Positions 56,258-64,000 of a stretch of 64,000 nt of DNA are shown here, in pieces. Numbering within the stretch: the first letter of the stretch is position 1; every line of letters begins with the position of its first letter. The position numbers and the translations under genes were made by a program. The notes beneath the pieces are model-generated. The model was not told the origin of the DNA. It worked only from the letters and a program-made list of their open reading frames with translations, and ran no database searches. The DNA is from Eledone cirrhosa (lineage: Eukaryota): positions 74,896,001-74,960,000 of the forward strand of contig OZ024740.1 in NCBI GenBank assembly GCA_964016885.1, given 5' to 3'.

Positions 56258-59092
56258 ACTAACTGCATTTGGCAGCCACCACTAGTGTAGATAAAATATA
56301 TTTTAATTCGTGTCAATATATTTAATTTAGGGGATATTAAAACGCTAGAAATGTTTTGTTTTTACTACTTAGTGAGGGAGAGAAGGGAAGTACCCATAAT
56401 CCTTTTCAATGACTCTGAGACTTGTGGAAGGAAGACACTGTTTTCAAATAAGAGATTTGGCCCAAATGCTTGCAACGTAGTGGACTCTGCTAAAAGACAC
56501 ACAAGGATCAAGCGGTGGTATTATACCGAGAGACATATTAAGTCAATCACGGAAAAAATACAAACTAGAAGCTAATTATACAAAAATAAAAGATGGGTTT
56601 AGAAAAGAACAGGGAAGGTTAACATTTAAAAAAAGAAGATATTTTAAGAGACATAATCGGGTAGGTAACTACACTCAATGAAGGAATATGATGACATTTT
56701 CACATAAAAACCGAAAATAATGGTAGAAGCACGCTCCTACGTTAGTGTGTGACAATTCTATGTCCACGGTACTTTGGAGCATGCCAGTACAAATTGACAC
56801 AAGATATCAAAGTAAACTACCTAGTCAAAAACATTCTAGTTGTTGAAAGAAGAAGATCCGTCATATTAGCTGTAGAAGATAGCAGTTTGATAGTGGTAAA
56901 ATATTGAAGTTCCTAGAATACAATTTCACAAGGATTTCTGTCAGAAAATAGTTACATTTTGGATAGTTCTTCAACGGAGATTGAATTAGAATGCTACAGT
57001 TGAAAAGACAAGGCAGATAATAAATTTTGTTTTAAATTTTGAGCTGAGGAATTATCATGATCATAAATTTATTTGCTAGTATCCCTATTTTAATTGCAGA
57101 CCTGTCAACTCTTCCCGTCCAACAGGGAGATCTCCCACCCACTTTAGGGTGGGTGAGAGATGTCTTCTCTTGTGAAAATGGGTATAGCTTTCATTATGTA
57201 AAATCTCCCCATTTTGCCTCATTTCTCCCCGTTTTGGGGCACTTTTTTCATGATACTCCCCGTTTAGGTTTTTAGAGATTAGCATGTCTGTAATTGTTAT
57301 AGTCCCAACTATAGTAACCATGATGAGGAGACTAGTCCAAATAAGTCAGTGTATAATAGCAATAATTCGCCGTCTTTAAAATTTATACAAAATGAATCAT
57401 ATCATTACGGATGCAACGTGATACTAGAATTGTGATTATAACAACCAAGGCGAGGACACTATATACAATAAATCAACCTATGAGAAATATGATATAATCT
57501 GGTATCAGAAATGTTAAAACGTCCCATGGATAATCTGAAACCCCAGCAAGAAAGTTAATTTAAGTTTGAAGTGGCAGTTGATGGTAAAGTGCATGATAGC
57601 AATGATAAATGAGTGTGCCATAGTGTCAAGTGTATACACTAGAAGTACTCACAGATAGAAGGAAATCACTTGACCTGGAGCAGAATGTAGTCTAAAAATT
57701 CTGAAGCTGCGGTGAGGAAAAAAAAATTGATAACGATTTCAGGCCAAGCTGAAGAAATACGAATGAAAAAAAAAACTGGAATTATTCTATAAAATCTTAG
57801 TGAAACCCACAAAGTTTTTTACTGCCAATCCACCTACTAATATAAAAATAATGCACAATACAAATGTAAACAATGTAAAAGACGCCAAGACATAACCATT
57901 GTAAGGCAACAATCAAATTCCTCTATGTTCATTACACGTTAAAACGAGATTGCTTTAGCATCATATGTAAAAGTCAAAATCAACAGTTTGAAATCAGTCA
58001 TTGCCCCCCCCCCCCTCCACACACACACACAGACTTTCCTCTCATTTATGGCATTTATAGCCCTTTCTCCTACTTTTCTATACAGTCAGATCTGCCCTTC
58101 TTTACCCCTTCCCCACGGTTCATTGCTTAGTTTCGATCTTATCCTTTTTTTCGTTTTTCTTTTTCTTCCATATTTCCATCAATATTTGTAATGTTATTTA
58201 TACAACTGTGAATTGATTTATTGTCTGTAATTCTATTATAACATAAAATTATGCTTATGTGAAAAAAAATAAGTTGTAAAATCTCATCACATTATTAGAA
58301 CATACTGATTTAAATCATCCGAAAAATATATACTGACTATTTTTTATTTACTCTTTAATCAAGGAGGGAAGAGCAGAGCTCCTGGCCTGTCTTCATGGCT
58401 TTCATGATTGATGTGAGGGAGGAAGGGAGGTATCATAAAACAGGAGACTTGGTCCGAATGCCTGCAATAAAGTGAACTTTGCTAAAATGACACAAAGACG
58501 GTTGTTAGTATTAAACCGGGCAGCCGATTAAGTTTACAAACCTAGTGGACTACAGCGTGATTTGAACTCAGAACACAAAGAAAGGAGGAAAAGCAATGTT
58601 GACCACAGTGGGCAATGAACTAGTAGAGACAGTCAGAACTAATACTGCAAGGAATGTTGTTCTATTCGCTAACAACTCGCCGATTATTTGAATGACTTAG
58701 CAAATACCATAGGTGAAGCGGTTTCAGGAAATACAGCAGTGCCTCATTTTTGTGAATGCTCAGTCTTAGTAATGGGGCAGTATACATATATATATATATG
58801 AGAGAGAGAGTAGATATATTTACAGGCTAAAATATAAGTAGATGAAACTCCGTCGATTTCGACGACGATTATTCCCGTTGATAGGCCTACGGAACAGCCA
58901 ACTCGGTAAATTAATGTGTATGTGACTATATACTCCACAGACACGTGTATCCTTAACGATACTCAAAGTATGTAACAAGTCTGGCGCTTTGAGTTACATG
59001 TACAGTCCATCTGACTCGTGTCTAAACGGTTTCTGTAAACCAAATTTCACGAAAAATGCTTGAGGCAACCCAAACATAGTATGTAAAATGGT

Positions 59093-59177
<85 letters not shown>

Positions 59178-59923
59178 GTATGTATGTTTATATGCACATT
59201 GCTCGCTTTATATGCACATTGCTCGCTATATATAATAAAATGAGCAAATAAAGGTCCATTCGAAGAATGTTTCCTATATGTACCATTCTAAGCCACTTTC
59301 TATTTAATATAGATCGCCAGAGAATCAGTGAGTTGAAAATGGTTTCATTTCAACCTTCTCATGTGAAGCATACCTGGTTACCATTTGGCCGCATGCTAGC
59401 CAAATCTTATTCAAATTACATTGCACCATATGGTTTTAAACAATGAAGGCAGTGTTCCAGCATGGCCTTAACAGCGATGGTTAAATAATAGCGAATCCTC
59501 TGTCAGTTTCTACGATGAACATTTAGTCATTTGATTAACTGAATATACTACACGTTATATTAACGTTATGTTGGCTGAGTATTCCACGGACACATGTACC
59601 CTTAATGAATCAGAATATGCATGACTCAATATAGGACAAGGTTGGACCTTTGAAATGCAGGTAGTATAATCCATCCGATAGGTTTCCATACAGCTTCTGT
59701 CTACCCAATTTCACTCACAGGCTTGGGTTGACTTGAGGTTATGGTAAATACGTTTTTATCCAAGATGCTACGTAGTGGGAGTGAACCTTGGATGAACTTC
59801 TTAACCACTGAGCCATGTTTGCTTTATTTCGGCTAAACTAAGCAAAAGAACTAAAAAAAAGTTGGATATGTGCAAAGACATATTCAAACTTTTGTTTGAA
59901 TGTGTCTTTGCACATATACATTT

Positions 59924-60007
59924 GCATATCTGATGAGATGTCGAGTCCGGCCATGGTCATCATGATTGTACCCTGAGCTGATCGATATTGAAACGATTGT
60001 AATATGC
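59924..60007 (+). ncRNA. Type-I hammerhead ribozyme motif, complete, with minimal stem III
   Basis: Stem I GCAUAU/AUAUGC; core CUGAUGA (59930-59936); stem II GAUGUCGA/UCGAUAUU; GAAAC (59990-59994); loop GAUU; GUA cleavage triplet (59999-60001). Confidence 0.85.
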
Positions 60008-60499
60008 CAATAAAGTTTATAACAGTGACTTCGATCCTACTTACTTTTATTCACACTTTGCACTCTACAATCCAACACAAGACGGACCTTGTAACAGCAT
60101 CGAGTGCTTGGAACAGCGAATAGCTTGTAACTGTAGTTAACACTTAACACACACACACGAGTGTGTGTGTGTATGTACATATGCATGTATGCATGTGTGC
60201 ATCCATGCCTGTGTTTACATTTGTATCTGTGTTTGTGTTTACGTACCTTAGCTTAGCGGTTCGACAAAAAAGTGATAGATAAAATAAGTACCATACTTGA
60301 AAAAAAAAAGTACTGGGGTTGATATGATCAATTAAATCAAGGCGATACCCACACTATGGTCGCAGTCAAATGACTGAAACCAGTCAAAGTTTAAAATAGC
60401 AAACGAGTATATCCGAACTTGTTTTACAATCTAACAATGCAGTCAATTAAGCATTATATGCTATATTGGCTCTTAACACCCTGTTTAGCAAGAAATATC

Positions 60500-62245
60500 C
60501 ATACTTGATGATCATTCTCTATGATGATCAACCCTCAAACAATGCCTCCCAGTTCTCCATATCAATTTTCTGAGCTTTAAGATTGTCTTCTTTGGATTAT
60601 GCTATGGTCATTTCCCTCTAGTCAGCTCCCCATAAAATAACTGTTTAGGCAGCCTTCCATATTCCATCCTGACCACATGACTAGCCCAACGCATTTGGTT
60701 AATAATAATCTTTCTCTCAATACTGGTGCTGTCTGTTTTCTCAAGTACAGCAGCATGAGGTGTGTAAGAGGACCACACGATGTTCAGGGTGCGTCAGATA
60801 CAATGCTGATGAAACCTTTCCAGCTGCTTGATGTGATGCCTGTAAATTGTTCACGTTTCGCATCCGAACAGGGCTGGAAGAACACATGCTTCATACAAAG
60901 AGAGTTTTGTGTTTCTCCTGATACCCCTATCTGACCAGACTCACCTCTCAAGCTTCTCGAAGGCAAGACTCGCCTTCGCAATTCTGTGATTTATTTCGGT
61001 ATCGAGGTTACCATCTCTACTAAGTGCACTTCAGAGATACACTAAGCTGTCCACCACTTTCCCTCTCTCGAAAATGTCTGAATCCACATACACTCTCCCA
61101 ACTGATGGAGTGTACATGGCCTTTGCCGTTTTTATACTAACATTTTGCCCAAATGCAGTGCATGCATTGGAGAATGTGTCCAATATCAACTTAATGTCCT
61201 CTACAGTGTGAGCCACACAATCTGCATCATCAAGCACACAGGAACATCCTGGCAAGAGTGGCAACTGTTTTGGACTTGGTGTTAAACCGTCTTAGATTAA
61301 AGACTTTGCCAGAGGTTCTAATTCACAAGTATACACCGATTTCGAAATCTTGGAAGGCATATGTCAGCAGCATGGCAAAGTAGATGGAAAACAGTGAATG
61401 CAGGTATGTCGCTTTGCTTGACACCGTTTTCCACCAAAATTAGCTCTGAAAGTGTCCCATTGAAGTTCACTTTTGCCTTCATGTTTGATGGAGAATTTTT
61501 AAATTTTCCAACAAATTCAGGAGGGCATCCAAGTTCTCCTACAGTGCACTACGCTTAACAGTATCAAAGGCTTTAGTAAGGTCCTCAAATACTTGGTATA
61601 GTGGCTGTCGCTGCTCAACACTCTTCTCCATAAGCCGACGGGCTGAGAAAATCGTGTCCATAGTACCCTGCCCAGTTCTGAATACACACTGGGACTCAGG
61701 GATTGCACCAGAGCAGATCAATTCTATTAGACGATTCAGGATAAATATTTCCTACCGATTCGAGCAGACTTATACCACGATAATACTGCATTGAAATTTG
61801 GAGCCCTTGGCCTTGTAAATCGACAGCAAAATTGCATCTACCCAGTCTTCCGGGACAGGCTCACCATGCCATTCAGATAAAACTAGCCCATGAATGGTCT
61901 TAACAACACTTTCCCTTTCATAGCGGATCAGCTCAACAGGTATTCCATCCAAACCTGGAGCTTTCCCTATGTTTATCTCTTTGATAGTAGACGTTATCTC
62001 ATCAATGATCTTCATCATCTTCTGTTACAGTCTCCTTTTGCGGCAGTCCATTGATCATTTCCTCATCAACTACAAATGGGTTGTTAAACAGGCCTTTAAC
62101 GTGTTCAGTTCATCGACCCACAATTCCTGCTGGATCTTTGATGAAGACTTTTCCATTTTTTACTTCAATGGTAACATTTTTGAGGGCTGTGGGCCCAAAA
62201 CTTGCCTTATTGGTCTCTGCAGTTATAAGTTCTCTGCATCTTCGC
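60500..62245 (-). mobile_element. Degenerate RTE-clade LINE reverse transcriptase region
   Basis: Frameshifted motifs GKAPGLDGIPVEL, PESQCVFRTGQGTMDTIFSARRLMEK, DLTKAFDTV, NGVKQ, LDDADCVAH, QMRWASHVVRM..GRLPKQLFYGEL. Confidence 0.9.
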
Positions 62246-62875
62246 TGACATATTTACATATATACATACATGCATACATACATACATGCTTACATGCATA
62301 ACTTCTTATAACATTAATAATACATACATACATGCTTACAAGCATAAATACATATATACATACATAATACATACACACACACATACATACATACACTCAT
62401 ACAAAAATATATACATACATATGTACATAGTAGATCACGAATTCCCGCAACTCAAAAATTGCAACGTAGACAAAAACACGTGTATACCGTCTGTGTGAAC
62501 TAATTGCGTACGCTATGACATTGCTGCTTGCTCATTCACATATCACTTTACATGCGTCTGTATTACGTCAGAGGACTATGGGGTTTGCCCGTAGCTTTCT
62601 GTAGCTCCACCACTTGCCTCCTCCGTCACATTAGATAGAAATATATGCATATGCAAAATTATTAAAATTAACAATTGGGATGATAGATACATAATAGAGA
62701 TAGTTTCATACAGAGAAAGAAGGAAAACTATTAATATTAAATAAATAGTTAGTCAGATACATACTGTAGATACACACGCACAAATATAGACATAGACTTA
62801 TAACGAATAGAAACCACTTGGTTAATCTGTCTTTGAATATCGGTTATATATATAAATATATATATGAATATCGGT

Positions 62876-62916
<41 letters not shown>

Positions 62917-62924
62917 TTGTACAC

Positions 62925-62955
<31 letters not shown>

Positions 62956-63033
62956 AACATGTATATATATATATGTCATGATATACATACACACACTATA
63001 TATATATATATATATATAAAATATATATATATA

Positions 63034-63103
<70 letters not shown>

Positions 63104-63194
63104 CATATATACAAATATATATATATATATGTATATATATACACATATATATAAATATATGTATACAAATATACATATATATGTATATATATAT

Positions 63195-63239
<45 letters not shown>

Positions 63240-63289
63240 TATATATATATATACACACACATGTATATATATATACCCTCCCCAAGTAT

Positions 63290-63347
<58 letters not shown>

Positions 63348-63745
63348 GTACAAGTAGATACAAATGTAAATAGGAAGGTGCCATACAGCTCTGACGATGA
63401 CAGTGCACACAGACATACACACACACCGACACACACTTACACACACACACACCTACATACATACACACTTACACACGCACACGCACATTCTCTCACAGTA
63501 TTTCCCTTTCTAGCTATATCATTGAACATATTCTACTTGCACTTGAGACAACATTACTAAAATGGGGCATGTTTAATCTGTCCTTCAAAAGAGAAAGAAA
63601 GAGAGAGGGAAAGAGCGGGTGAAAGTGAGAGGGACAGAGAGAGTAGAGGAGAGGAGGAGATAGAGAATGGAAAGAGAGAGAGAGAGAGAGTGACAGAGAT
63701 ATGCAGACAGTCAAATGTACATAAACAAGTATAAGAATGCATGAA

Positions 63746-63914
<169 letters not shown>

Positions 63915-64000
63915 AATATATATACATTTATATATTTGGGGAGGGTCATATTTGCGTAATATTGCCAGAATTAATAACAGAACACACTCACTGTTTGGTT

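Overview
This is AT-rich, microsatellite-dense animal DNA. The SINE and microsatellite landscape looks like an octopus or other coleoid cephalopod (inferred, not proven). One protein-coding gene spans the window on the minus strand, a BMP1/tolloid-family astacin metalloprotease. I resolved 16 GT-AG exons from 45311 down to 3043 (2744 nt, about 915 codons, all splice phases consistent). They encode prodomain, RVRR furin site, astacin domain ([16 protein letters not shown]), CUB1, CUB2, EGF1, CUB3, EGF2, CUB4 and most of CUB5. I did not find the signal-peptide exon or the final exon. Almost all other listed ORFs are microsatellite artefacts or transposon debris: tRNA-SINEs, RTE and CRE LINE remnants, Helitrons and MITEs. 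The most interesting signal is non-coding. At least five sequence-unrelated families of small elements sit in (TA)n or (CA)n microsatellites and share one architecture, a 3' unit preceded by an inverted, truncated copy of itself (fold-back). They carry type-I hammerhead ribozyme motifs, some complete and some variant or halved. In several cases the fold-back axis falls inside or right next to the ribozyme. This resembles a microsatellite-targeting, ribozyme-bearing Penelope/retrozyme-like system that loads the tolloid pre-mRNA with long dsRNA hairpins.
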